A stretch of 63,180 nt of DNA, filler included, from Octopus bimaculoides (taxonomy: Eukaryota): assembly GCF_001194135.2 (NCBI RefSeq). It is 7 parts of 7 records of this genome, joined end to end, with 100 filler letters (N's around TTAATTAATTAA, not from the genome) between each part and the next. Parts side by side here need not be neighbours in the genome. Positions count along the whole stretch, not along the records: positions 29,228 to 52,131 come from NC_068981.1; 6 more parts are not named here. The stretch is one strand, 5' to 3'. A program made the translations under genes and the position numbers. Below are positions 35,606 to 48,029 of this stretch, one piece after another; within the stretch, counting starts at the first letter, position 1, and each line of letters begins with the position of its first letter. The notes beneath the pieces are model-generated. The model had not been told where the DNA came from, searched no databases, and saw only the letters and a program-made list of their open reading frames with translations.

Positions 35606-35687
35606 TGCTTATCTCACTATCTATGTGACTCGAACCAACACTAGTTTCCTTGGACTTAAGTTTTATCCCTTGTAATTTCAAATTAGA

Positions 35688-36452
35688 GAACCCAGCAGGC
35701 GCGCTGCGTTCCAAACGAGAAACCATGGAACACATCCACAGCTACTGCACAGAGGCATTTGGAGAAGGACGGTACCGCTGGAGGCATGACCAAATCCTTA
35801 AGACCATCGCTGAAGCTTTCAGCGCAGGACTAGTTTGGACAAAGCGGTTCCGACCCTCCAAGAAAACCGTTGCCTTTGTCAGAGCTGGGAACAGCCAACC
35901 CCTGCCAGAAAAACATCGGCGGCCATCCTAACATCTGCAAGAGACTGGCAGCTACTGGTGGACCTTGAGCGTCAGCTGAAGTTCCCTGGGCACATTGCGG
36001 TCATCACCCTGCGATCGGACATTGTCCTCGTGTCCAAGTGTCCACCAAGCAAGTAATGCTGCTGGAGCTGACTGTCCCATGGAAAGATCGCCTGGAAGAA
36101 GCTTTTGAGACAGAGCACTCCAAGTACGCGGGTCTGGTCAGTGACTGCCAGCGGGCTGGTTGGAGAAGGAGGTGTCTCCTAGTGGAGGTTGGATGCAGGG
36201 GTTTCGCAGCCCGTTCCCTGACCAGAGCCTTGAGCAGTGTGGACATCGAGGGAGTGAGAAGGAGGAAGGCCATCCGCAGTATCACCGATGCGGCAGAGAG
36301 TGCCTCAAGATGGCTGTGGATCAAAAGAGGCGAGCCATGGGGTAGCTAGATGGCCATCTGGACACAAGCTGGGTCACCTGGAGGAGGGTGTATGACGTTG
36401 AAAGACCTGAAACACCCGATGATACCAGGCACATCACTTAAGATGTGTCCAG
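35688..36452 (+). mobile_element. 5'-truncated, frameshifted RLE-endonuclease non-LTR retrotransposon (HERO/NeSL-like), C-terminus plus 3' UTR
   Basis: EHIHSYC...GRYRWRHD (zinc knuckle, RH), LRSDIVLV (PD motif variant), LLELTVPW, EVGCRGF, ASRWLW across three frames. Stop at 36347-36349. Confidence 0.85.
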
Positions 36453-36503
36453 ATGAATCAGTCTTTGATGTATGCACACAATACACACACACACACACAC
36501 ATA

Positions 36504-36536
<33 letters not shown>

Positions 36537-37322
36537 ATATATATATGTTTGTATATATATATACATATGTATGTATATGTATGTATATATATATATGTGT
36601 GTGTATGTGTGTATATATATATATGTATGTATATACACACAAACATATATATATATATATACATGCATATATANNNNNNNNNNNNNNNNNNNNNNNNNNN
36701 NNNNNNNNNNNNNNNNNNNNNNNNNNNNNNNNNNNNNNNNNNNNNNNNNNNNNNNNNNNNNNNNNNNNNNNNNNNNNNNNNNNNNNNNNNNNNNNNNNNN
36801 NNNNNNNNNNNNNNNNNNNNNNNNNNNNNNNNNNNNNNNNNNNNNNNNNNNNNNNNNNNNNNNNNNNNNNNNNNNNNNNNNNNNNNNNNNNNNNNNNNNN
36901 NNNNNNNNNNNNNNNNNNNNNNNNNNNNNNNNNNNNNNNNNNNNNNNNNNNNNNNNNNNNNNNNNNNNNNNNNNNNNNNNNNNNNNNNNNNNNNNNNNNN
37001 NNNNNNNNNNNNNNNNNNNNNNNNNNNNNNNNNNNNNNNNNNNNNNNNNNNNNNNNNNNNNNNNNNNNNNNNNNNNNNNNNNNNNNNNNNNNNNNNNNNN
37101 NNNNNNNNNNNNNNNNNNNNNNNNNNNNNNNNNNNNNNNNNNNNNNNNNNNNNNNNNNNNNNNNNNNNNNNNNNNNNNNNNNNNNNNNNNNNNNNNNNNN
37201 NNNNNNNNNNNNNNNNNNNNNNNNNNNNNNNNNNNNNNNNNNNNNNNNNNNNNNNNNNNNNNNNNNNNNNNNNNNNNNNNNNNNNNNNNNNNNNNNNNNN
37301 TCTGTCTGTCTGTCTGTCTATA

Positions 37323-37354
<32 letters not shown>

Positions 37355-37377
37355 AATCTGTTTGTCTGTCTGTCTGC

Positions 37378-37447
<70 letters not shown>

Positions 37448-37758
37448 GAATGTACGTATACTTTTTAAAACAACTATTAATTTTACTACTGTTAATAGTG
37501 TTTCTATTTTATATGGCAAAGCTGTCACGTTGGGACGACTCTTTTTTTTTTACGATTTAAATGCATCAGTAAAATTAATTGAACGTCCGTTTAGGAAGTC
37601 ATGCGTTACTCCCCAATACTCATACATAGACGCAATCCAGAACTCACATACACACACATATTATGAGCTACTTTCAGCACGCAGTCGGTGAGAAATACGC
37701 ACATATGCATACACATTCACACGCACACACACACACGCATATGTGTGTCTATGTGTGT

Positions 37759-37851
<93 letters not shown>

Positions 37852-38234
37852 ACTGCTGAATTTTGATTGAACGTTTGCTTAATGTCTTTTTTGATTAAAC
37901 GCTCAAGTAATGTTTCTTATATTAATGTTTTTACCTACTTTTTTAAAACCTTCCATCTTCAATGGCTGTCTATAGAGGGTGTATGTAATATGATGTATAT
38001 GTATGTGTACTGGCCATTCTGCAATACCACGTATCGATTTTCTGACTTTAAAATCAGGTTAGTAATTCACAGAGGAAAACTAATGAGTTTTCTTTTCCCC
38101 CCAAGGGTTTCAAATATAACAATCGAGAATCGAAACAGATATGAAACACTACATCTGCCCTTGTAGTACGTTGCCTATTTTGCATCAGACGTGACTACAT
38201 TAACACATGCTGGCTTTTGTCATTGGCACAAGAT

Positions 38235-38335
38235 CATATATATTCGGGGCAATCATAGGGAGTCAAGGTGGCCTAGTACTCGACTGGTACTTATTTTATC
38301 GAATCCATGACGAATGAAAGGCGAAGTCAATCTTG
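38235..38335 (-). mobile_element. SINE family A 3' fragment
   Basis: gactggtacttattttatcgaatcc...gaatgaaaggcgaagtcaa. Confidence 0.65.
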
Positions 38336-38344
38336 GCTATATTA

Positions 38345-38575
38345 GGGGGCAAGAGACGGCAGTCCGATGCTTACGCGGTCGGCCACGCAGCGGCTGGACA
38401 TGCCGACGGTCGCCCGGCGGCTGGACATGCCGACGGTCGCCCGGCGGTCACCCGGCGGTCACCTGGCGGTCGCCGCCGCGGGCACCCACCGTCGTTCGGA
38501 GCGATCGAATCCAGGCCGACGCCTAGGCGGCGGCCGCCGGCGAACCGCAGGTGCGATCGAATTCAGATTGAATTC
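38345..38575. repeat. GC/CpG-rich island with a 27-bp direct repeat x2 and 11-bp subrepeats
   Basis: gcggctggacatgccgacggtcgcccg at 38390-38416 and 38417-38443, then gcggtcacccg and gcggtcacctg. Confidence 0.85.
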
Positions 38576-38984
38576 AGAAATGGCATAACACAGACAGGCA
38601 GATCACTTCCTCTCGAGATGGTCCGGGTATATGGTATTGGTAAGCCACAATGACCTAGAAATATCGGTATCTACCCTTTTTGGTGGTTCTGAGGCGCATT
38701 GTCTCGCCTGGTATGTAACATTCATGTGTTCTGTAATACTCAGCGTTTTGAGGGGAGTTTTAACAGGAGGCTACTCACAGCAAATTTGGCATATAACAAA
38801 ATACATGCTCTATGCATATGCGGCCGATAATGTTTACATTAACAGTGCTGCTTTTAATTTGTAGTTTAAATTTATCTCATATGTGCTACGCCGCAGCACA
38901 TCCGCAAATAGACTTCCCTCTGTTTGCATATAAGACATAAACGAGTGATTCACTACGTTTGGAGATGATCCGAATACATGATCT

Positions 38985-39202
38985 TTTTTTCTACTCTAGG
39001 TATAAGGCCCGAAAGTTTTGGGGAGGGTGGGGGCAGTCGATTAAATCGACTGCAGTACGCAACTGGTACTTAATTTATCGACCCCGAAAGGATGAATGGT
39101 AAAGTCAACCTCGGCGGAATTTGAACTCAGAACGTAAAGAAAGACGAAATACCGCTAAGCATTTCGCTCGGCGTGCTAACGTTCCTGCCAGCACGCCGCC
39201 TT
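38985..39202 (-). mobile_element. Full-length SINE family A
   Basis: Head ggcggcgtgctggcaggaacgttagcacgccgagcg through tail. Confidence 0.88.
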
Positions 39203-39784
39203 TCCATATATATGATATTGGTAAGTCACAATATAGACTAAATGTCGGTGTCTCCCATTCTCTGTGATTCTGGGAAGAGTTGTCTCGCTTGGTCTGTGAC
39301 ATGCAGCTGTTCTTTAACACTCGGCGTCGTGTAGGGAGCTTTCCCCGTACGCTATACGGCAGCAAATTCGGTGAACAATCAAAACTCCTACACTATGTAT
39401 GTGCGACTGATAATGCCTGCATTAGTAGAACTGCTTTTAATTCGTAATTTAATATTTCAAAAATATATTTGATATATGTTAGAAATTAGGATTAACGAAC
39501 CTTTTAGACGCACAAGAATAAAATGACTGTTCTAAGAACATCTATGGTGCTAATGAAGTAAGATGGCAAAAAAAAAAAACTGTTAATTAGGTCTATGATG
39601 CATAATTAGCATTCTTAGAAATTAACTAATTCCATGATATTTATATCTGAGATACCAAATCTGTCAACTATTGTTTATATTTAAGAAACTGCATTTGTCA
39701 TATTTTTTCTTACAAATACGATATCCTAAAATCTTTCATATTTAATATAGGAAAAATTTAAGCTATCTTTTTAAAAATAATTGT

Positions 39785-39965
39785 TTCATGCATTAGACTG
39801 CGGCCACGCTGGGGCACTGCCTTGAAGAAGTTTTAGTTGAATGTATCGATCCCAGTACTTATTTTATTTTAAAACCTGGTACTTATTCTATCGGCGTTTA
39901 TTGCTGGACCGCTATGTAACCGGTACATAAACACATCAAATCCTGTTCTCAAGCTGTGGATGGGG
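39785..39965 (-). mobile_element. SINE module C
   Basis: gactgcggccacgctggggcac...tacttattctatcgg...accgctatgtaac. Confidence 0.75.
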
Positions 39966-42139
39966 GAGACATCTCAAGCTGAGGATGGTATCAATAATGA
40001 TGATGATGGTGATGATGATATTCGAAGAACGTACCAAATGATTATTTCGGAATATATATTCTATTTATGGTAGTTTCAAAAAATTTGCTGAAAATGCTGC
40101 GGAGTTGCCAGCGGCAAGCATTAATCCAATGGGTCTTCTCGCTCTGCACCACTGAACTCGACTTCTACTCGAGAACATAGTATGTCTATCATTGGAGTTT
40201 TCATGATCCCGGTCTTGAATCACGTGCAACATGTTTTAAAGAGACGGATGAAATCTCTGTGGCTGTTGGCGGACAAGGAGATAATTTGTTGTTTGACAAA
40301 TATTGTTTTTAGCCCTGCAGTGTCCACAAAACCCTCCTCACCAGGCAAGCTAGGTGGGAGAGCTGCTTTAATCTCCGACCGCCCGACCATGAAGCAGGTA
40401 ATACTGGGTTGCACGGTACCAGTAGAATATCAATAAGATCGATTACTGTGGAGAATGGAAAGATCATCTTTTTCTATCTGATGAAAAGTTAGGCATCCAA
40501 AACTGTTGGAACTTTCACCTCTTATGGTAATTGAACTTACAGGCACTTTTTGTAGAATTTAGTGTGATTTTTGGATTAAAACACTGATCTCATACATTGC
40601 CATTACGGTACAATTCCTTAGGAAATGAATAAAGCTGACTCTACGGACTGCAGACAATGACCGGAGCCTGAGAAGTTTTTTCTGTGGGTTTCTATTTCAT
40701 TACTGGATTTAATAGAGATATTGGCTTAATCTCACTGAAGTGTTTATGAAAAGGCTATACAGGTAAATGTAGTTATGAAACGAACTACAACCGAAAAGAC
40801 TGGATGCTCACGGCTAGATTTTCTCTGTTCAAACAGAAGCCATTATGAACCAAAGCTGAATGAAAGAAAATGCTATCTCTAGCAGCATTTGACATTTGCT
40901 AAGGCAGTCATCTCTACAGTATTTGATATTCCATATCCTTATACGTTTGGCTTATCTCTATATTCCTCGAACCTGTTGGTCCTAGATACATAAAGCTGAA
41001 GTGAACAGCGATAAGATATGAACTGTAAACGTAAAGGGGCATAATATACATCATTACATTTGTCCCACATACTACCATTTTGCAACTGAAGCACCTAATT
41101 CATATTAAATTATTATCAGATATGTTGATATTTTTAAAGGGCCCCGGCTTGTTTTATAAGTCCTAAATTTTACTACTTTTTTCTTATTTCATAGTCAGCT
41201 GGCATTTTATGATGTCTTCCTTGTGTATAATGTAAAAGAGAATTAATCATGTTTTGTATATCATGAAATATAAATAGCTGCTCTCTAAAGGCTTACAAAA
41301 CAACTAACAAACTATTGTCATTGATAGATTAATAGAGAAATTACCACCACAATCGATGGAAAACGGCAACGATGACAATGCCGCCAGTACAAATGTTTTG
41401 TTTAATTTATAAATAAAAAGCAAAAACTGCCTATAAACTGCCTTTATCGATTTACTGCTCAAGAAGGCCAAAATCAATGACGATAGAGGTTTTTTTTACT
41501 CTTTTTTTTCTTTAGCTAAGATCGAATTTTTACTGAGTTGCTGTAACTATAGTTCACATTAAGTCATTTAAACTTATTAAATTCGTAAATAGCTATAATC
41601 TTTTAACAGTCTTATCATTTAGCGAACAGTGAGAAGTAACAAAATGCATTTTTCCCTTTCGATATAACGAATAACATATAATCAAAAATATATAACTCTA
41701 TTTTTCCATCGCCTGCTCAGAAAGAATAATAATAATAAAAATCAAAAACAGATAAAATAAACAAGTGTTGCAGTCATAGAATTATATTGTCACTGAAATT
41801 ATTGCAAAAGAATATTTGTTTGAGGTGAGCGAAAAAAGTGTTGACAAAATCATTAAATGGTGATATAATGTTTGAAATATTTCATCGGTGAATTTAGTAC
41901 AGGTTTAAATGAATGGCACAGAAAGATTTTGCCCGATGCACCAGAATCAATGACTCTCTGCAGCACATGAAGCTATCGTATTTTATATATCTCATTCAGT
42001 GGATAGATTTAGTTTTAATGGAGAAAAATTGTTTAAAAGGGCTAGAAATCGTGCTGAATACGCAACTCCGATGTTCAAATATTTTGTATTGTGGATGTAA
42101 GACGTGATATTCGTGTGTTTAATCAATACATACAGGCAT

Positions 42140-42171
<32 letters not shown>

Positions 42172-42301
42172 CACGCGTATGTGTGTACATTTCTGCGTGT
42201 GTGTATATATATATATATATGTATATATATATGTGTGTGTGTGCGTGTGTGTATGTGTGTGTATACATACATACACACATATATATATATATACACGCAC
42301 G

Positions 42302-42345
<44 letters not shown>

Positions 42346-43164
42346 CATATATATACGTAAGCAGATATAAATATATATATATACATGCAAGCAGATATAA
42401 ATATATACATATATATACATACACACACATATGTAATATACAGATGTGTGTGTGTGTATGTATGTATGGATGGATGCAGGTATGCTGCGATACCATCAAT
42501 GCTTGTAGTGTTTCGCTTTGATGTATTTTCCATTGAAATATGACAATTAGTTCCATGTCATTAAAATGTTTGTTTCTTTTTTTTTTTCGTTTTTTTTCTC
42601 TTGTTTCTGTTTTAATTTGTTCTGCGTGTTTTATTTTATTCAATTAAACAGAACTACTGTATCCTCCCTTACACCACCACCACCACTACCACCACCACCA
42701 CCACCGCCGCCACCACGGCCGCCGCCGCTACCACACTTTAATTTTGGTGATTACTAATTAACAAATATCACAATGAATTCGTTTCACTTCCATATGGAAT
42801 GATTATGAAGGAAAACCTAATTAGACAGAAAGTCATATTAAAGAAATAAATAAAGCAAAACAAAAAGAAATTATATTCTTATTATCAAAACTATATTTTT
42901 TATTTATTATAGAAGAAATAAAATATTAAAGCAACTTTGTGTTATGTATTTTTGAAAAAAAAATTTCATTATGTTTGCTGTGGAAATATGTATTTTAGAA
43001 ACGATAGCTTCACCTTGTGTACTCAGAAATTACCTTGACCCTGCTTCTTCTATGCTTGTGGTGTATTATATTATGAACAATGAATAACATAACTAAGAGG
43101 GGTTGTCGAAATACATGGCTGTGTTTTGGTGCTTGCTGTATTTGTCATAAAGTTGGTTAATGCT

Positions 43165-43265
43165 GCTTAGCCAAGTTGGGCAAGTGTCATCTGCTATAGC
43201 TTCGATTCGGGCCTAGCAAAGCTTTGTGAATGGATTTGGTAGACAGAACCGGGAAGAGACACGTG

Positions 43266-43270
<5 letters not shown>
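43165..43270 (+). mobile_element. SINE B fragment
   Basis: ggcaagtgtcatctgctatagc...tggatttggtagacag. Confidence 0.7.
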
Positions 43271-43296
<26 letters not shown>

Positions 43297-43811
43297 NNNN
43301 NNNNNNNNNNNNNNNNNNNNNNNNNNNNNNNNNNNNNNNNNNNNNNNNNNNNNNNNNNNNNNNNNNNNNNNNNNNNNNNNNNNNNNNNNNNNNNNNNNNN
43401 NNNNNNNNNNNNNNNNNNNNNNNNNNNNNNNNNNNNNNNNNNNNNNNNNNNNNNNNNNNNNNNNNNNNNNNNNNNNNNNNNNNNNNNNNNNNNNNNNNNN
43501 NNNNNNNNNNNNNNNNNNNNNNNNNNNNNNNNNNNNNNNNNNNNNNNNNNNNNNNNNNNNNNNNNNNNNNNNNNNNNNNNNNNNNNNNNNNNNNNNNNNN
43601 NNNNNNNNNNNNNNNNNNNNNNNNNNNNNNNNNNNNNNNNNNNNNNNNNNNNNNNNNNNNNNNNNNNNNNNNNNNNNNNNNNNNNNNNNNNNNNNNNNNN
43701 NNNNNNNNNNNNNNNNNNNNNNNNNNNNNNNNNNNNNNNNNNNNNNNNNNNNNNNNNNNNNNNNNNNNNNNNNNNNNNNNNNNNNNNNNNNNNNNNNNNN
43801 NNNNNGCCCCG

Positions 43812-43872
43812 GATAACTGAAGAGATGTTGTCGTGGGTTCCCACCCCGGCATCCGAAACTTGGAGTTTTATC
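43812..43872 (+). ncRNA. Type I hammerhead ribozyme
   Basis: GAUAA-CUGAAGA-GAUGUU...GGCAUC(C)-GAAA-CU(UGG)AG-UU-UUAUC. Perfect 5-bp stem I, 3-bp stem III, GUU cleavage triplet, inner guggg/cccac hairpin. Confidence 0.75.
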
Positions 43873-44376
43873 ATGGCTGCCGAAGAAGTGTCACATATTT
43901 TTACAGACACACACACTCACAGGAATGTATATATATATATATATATATACACGAAATAGTGTTGACGTTATAAGAACTTATATACTCTCTCTACTTAGTG
44001 ATCCACCGTTCCCAGCATGATTGGTCAAGTACGCTATTAAAAAAAAAAAAAATTAAAAAGCGGCGTGCTGGAGGATCTCAATTGAAAAAAGATTCAGCTG
44101 CTGTTTCTGCCAGGTCGAACGATCACGTGGTTTTCCAAGTATTAGTAGGAGGTTGAAATATTAGGGGCACAAAGACATACATTTTACCATATTTATATCA
44201 ATGGGGTGTGTTTCGGACTATATACCTTTGTGTACGTTCTTTGATCTCTCCACGTTCGGAGAGAAAGTTTCCTCTACAATCAGATCCGCTTTTTTCTGCA
44301 TTTTCAATCATAACTGAATTGATTTAATCGATCAAAAGTTCTATATTTACAAATAAGTTATCGATTCCTACTTCAA

Positions 44377-44993
44377 TAAGGCGGTGAGCTGGCAGAATCG
44401 TAAGCAAATGCTTAGCACATTTCGTCCGTCTTTAAGTTCTAAGTTCAAATTCCGCCGATTTTGCCTTTTATCCTTCCAGGATTAATGAAATAAGTACCAG
44501 TTGAGGACTAGGGTCAACGTAATCGACTAGTCCCCTCACCAAAAATTTCAGTTTTTGTAGCAGAAAGAATATTTATTTTAGGCGACTAATGTAGTAGCTA
44601 TAATAATAATAATAACAATAATTCTTTCTGTTATAGGAACAAGACCCGACACTGTGAGGGGAAAGAAAGTCGATTGCATTGACCCTAGTATATGGCTTGT
44701 ACTTATTTTATCGATCTGGAATTTGAATTCAGAACATAAAGACAGACAAAAGACAGTCAAGCATTTTGCCCGGTGACCTAACGATCCTACCGGCTCGCCG
44801 CCTTTACTAATAATGATTTCAAATTCAAGGCGGGCGTCGAGCTGGCAGACACGTTAGCACGCCGGGCGAAATGCTTAGCCGTATTTCGTCTGCCGCTCCG
44901 TTCTGAGTTCAAATTTCGTTGAGGTCAACTTTGCCTTTCATCCTTTCGGGGTCGACATATTAAATACCAGTTGCGTACTGGGTCGATATAATC
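44377..44993. mobile_element. Three SINE A copies in +/-/+ orientation (44377-44570, 44620-44805, 44828-44993)
   Basis: SINE A heads at 44377 (+), 44805 (-) and 44828 (+). Confidence 0.85.
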
Positions 44994-45464
44994 NNNNNNN
45001 NNNNNNNNNNNNNNNNNNNNNNNNNNNNNNNNNNNNNNNNNNNNNNNNNNNNNNNNNNNNNNNNNNNNNNNNNNNNNNNNNNNNNNNNNNNNNNNNNNNN
45101 NNNNNNNNNNNNNNNNNNNNNNNNNNNNNNNNNNNNNNNNNNNNNNNNNNNNNNNNNNNNNNNNNNNNNNNNNNNNNNNNNNNNNNNNNNNNNNNNNNNN
45201 NNNNNNNNNNNNNNNNNNNNNNNNNNNNNNNNNNNNNNNNNNNNNNNNNNNNNNNNNNNNNNNNNNNNNNNNNNNNNNNNNNNNNNNNNNNNNNNNNNNN
45301 NNNNNNNNNNNNNNNNNNNNNNNNNNNNNNNNNNNNNNNNNNNNNNNNNNNNNNNNNNNNNNNNNNNNNNNNNNNNNNNNNNNNNNNNNNNNNNNNNNNN
45401 NNNNNNNNNNNNNNNNNNNNNNNNNNNNNNNNNNNNNNNNNAAATGTATGTTTGTGTATATGTT

Positions 45465-45665
45465 TGTGTGTCTATGTTTGTCACCCCAACATCGCTTGAC
45501 AACCGATGCTGGTGTGTTTACGTCCCCGTAAATTAGCGGTTCGGCAAAAGAATAAGTACTAGGCTTCCAAAGAATAAGTCCTGGGGTCAATTTGCTCGAC
45601 TAAAGGCGGTGCTCCAGCATGGCCGCAGTCAAATGACTGAAACAAGTAAAAGAGTAAAAGAGTAC
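45465..45665 (+). mobile_element. SINE module C
   Basis: gtttgtcaccccaacatcgcttgacaaccgatgc...gtaaaagagtaaaag. Confidence 0.85.
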
Positions 45666-45692
45666 ATACATGCAAAACCCCCAGCGCGCGTG

Positions 45693-45724
<32 letters not shown>

Positions 45725-46152
45725 CACAAAAATATATATAAGATGCTCACACATATTCAAACGTTCGTTCTTGAGTATGAAGACACCCAAGCATATATAT
45801 ATTTCGATATATCATTATTTAATCCAAATTGACTAAACTTTCACGGGGTTTCAGTTTATTCAAATATGCCTATGTTCTTTATTCAGACAGTATTATTTTG
45901 GTCTTATTGAATATACAATGCTTACCTTTAGCTTCTATGTATTGCTATACTTTAAAGTGTAATTAAATCCTAATTAATTCTAATGTATTCTTTGTGTATT
46001 TTCAATTTAATATCTTTTACTCCTCCATTTTTTATTTTTTTGGATTAATACCAATTTACATATTAATTGATATATTAATACCACTTTGTGAAGGCGCATG
46101 GCTCAGTGATTAGAGCATCGAGGTTGTGAGTTCAATTCGTGGACTGGGCTGC

Positions 46153-46754
46153 CATGAAGGGAAACCATTGGGCCGGTGGATTTCCAAGATATAGCTCCAC
46201 CCACCCCAGATCATCACATATCCTCTTCCATGTTTAACAGTTGGAAGAAGGCAGTCTGGGTCAAATGCTTCATTTGGCTGTCTCCACACGTATACTCGGC
46301 TGGTGGTCGGNNNNNNNNNNATTTGGCTGTCTCCACACGTATACTCGGCTGGTGGTCGGAAATAAGGTAAAGGTTGACTCGTCCGAGAAAATAACATTCT
46401 TCCACTGCTCTTGGGACAAATTCTATAGGTTTTCTATAGGTTTTCTAAACGCTTTGCAACGTTTGTTTTTGAAAATAGTGGTTTTCTGATTGCAGCCCTC
46501 CCGTGAAATCTGGCTTCGTGCAGCTCCCGGCGAACAGTTTTTTGTGGAAACTAGGCTCTCGAGGTGGTCATTAAGCTCTGCGGTAATTTTGGGAGCTGTA
46601 CTTTTGTGATCCTTCTAACAAATCGCGTCCGACAGTCCCTATCTGAAAGTTATTGTTTTCTTCCGGAGTTTTGTTTCGACAAGGAAATTTTCCGTCTTTT
46701 TCAAAGGCTGTCATTACTTTCAAGACAGTACTTCTTGATACACCAAACATTTCG
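46153..46754 (-). mobile_element. Degenerate Tc1-like transposase fragment
   Basis: EMFGVSRSTVLKV (HTH), WKNVIFSDESTFTLF (first catalytic D), RVYVWRQPNEAFDPDCLLPTVKHGRGYVMIWG. Contains frameshifts and stops. Confidence 0.88.
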
Positions 46755-47186
46755 NNNNNNNNNNNNNNNNNNNNNNNNNNNNNNNNNNNNNNNNNNNNNN
46801 NNNNNNNNNNNNNNNNNNNNNNNNNNNNNNNNNNNNNNNNNNNNNNNNNNNNNNNNNNNNNNNNNNNNNNNNNNNNNNNNNNNNNNNNNNNNNNNNNNNN
46901 NNNNNNNNNNNNNNNNNNNNNNNNNNNNNNNNNNNNNNNNNNNNNNNNNNNNNNNNNNNNNNNNNNNNNNNNNNNNNNNNNNNNNNNNNNNNNNNNNNNN
47001 NNNNNNNNNNNNNNNNNNNNNNNNNNNNNNNNNNNNNNNNNNNNNNNNNNNNNNNNNNNNNNNNNNNNNNNNNNNNNNNNNNNNNNNNNNNNNNNNNNNN
47101 NNNNNNNNNNNNNNNNNNNNNNNNNNNNNNNNNNNNNNNNNNNNNNNNNNNNNNNNNNNNNNNNNNNNNNNTATACATACACATGA

Positions 47187-47217
<31 letters not shown>

Positions 47218-47252
47218 CGCGTATATGTGTATGGATGTTATATATATATATA

Positions 47253-47962
47253 CGGGTACGATCAATAAGTATCCAGACTGTTGCCAGAGTAACGAGGCTA
47301 AAGCATGCAGAGTAAAGTCGATTGGCACAGATTGACATTACACTCCTGTTGTGCATGTGCACTAAGTGTCAACGCTCTAGCCGTCTTGAGTGGGAGGTGT
47401 GTAGCGAATGATCGTCGCATTGACCATGACAGAGAAAGTTGTTATCGCGATACCTGATCAGAGGCCTGCGCAAAATTGTAGAAAATGTATGGAGAGGAGT
47501 CTATGAGCCGAACACACGTGTAAGAGTATTTCAGATGTTTCCAAGATGTCCGGAAAAATGTCGATAGTGAAGAACGTTCTGGGAGACCCGCAACCAACAG
47601 AACTGAGAAAAACATCACGGATGTGCATGCAGCTGTGAGGGGAAATCATCGAATCACCATCTACGGTTCAGTTCAGTCCATTATGACTGAAGACTTGGGT
47701 ATGAAAACGCGTGTCTGCCAAGCTTTTGGCAAAATTTGATGCAGACTCTCTGCTCAACTTTCTCTATCATGATTAATGCGACGGTCACACGCTACACACG
47801 TGCCTTCAAAGCACTTTTGTAAACAGTGGAAGTGAGCTAGAACGTTAAACTTAGCGCGCATGCACAGACAAGTTCATGGTCATTCTCAGCTAAACGGCTC
47901 TGCACCATGTACTTTAGCTTCGTTACTATAGCAACAGTCCGGATACTTATTGATCAGATCAG
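47253..47962 (+). mobile_element. Internally deleted mariner element with about 55-bp TIRs and TA target duplication
   Basis: gatcaataagtatccagactgttgcc..gtaacgaggctaaag matches the reverse complement of ctttagcttcgttac..gcaacagtccggatacttattgatc. Degenerate mariner HTH (MYGEESMSRTHV, ERSGRP). Confidence 0.85.
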
Positions 47963-47986
47963 TATTTATTTACATAATTACATGCA

Positions 47987-48029
<43 letters not shown>

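Noticed and set aside
42660-42735. Poly-proline ORF
   Set aside because: (CCA/CCG)n microsatellite without splice or coding context.
46272-46359. Exact 39-nt direct repeat around a 10-N gap
   Set aside because: Contig-overlap artefact within the Tc1 remnant.
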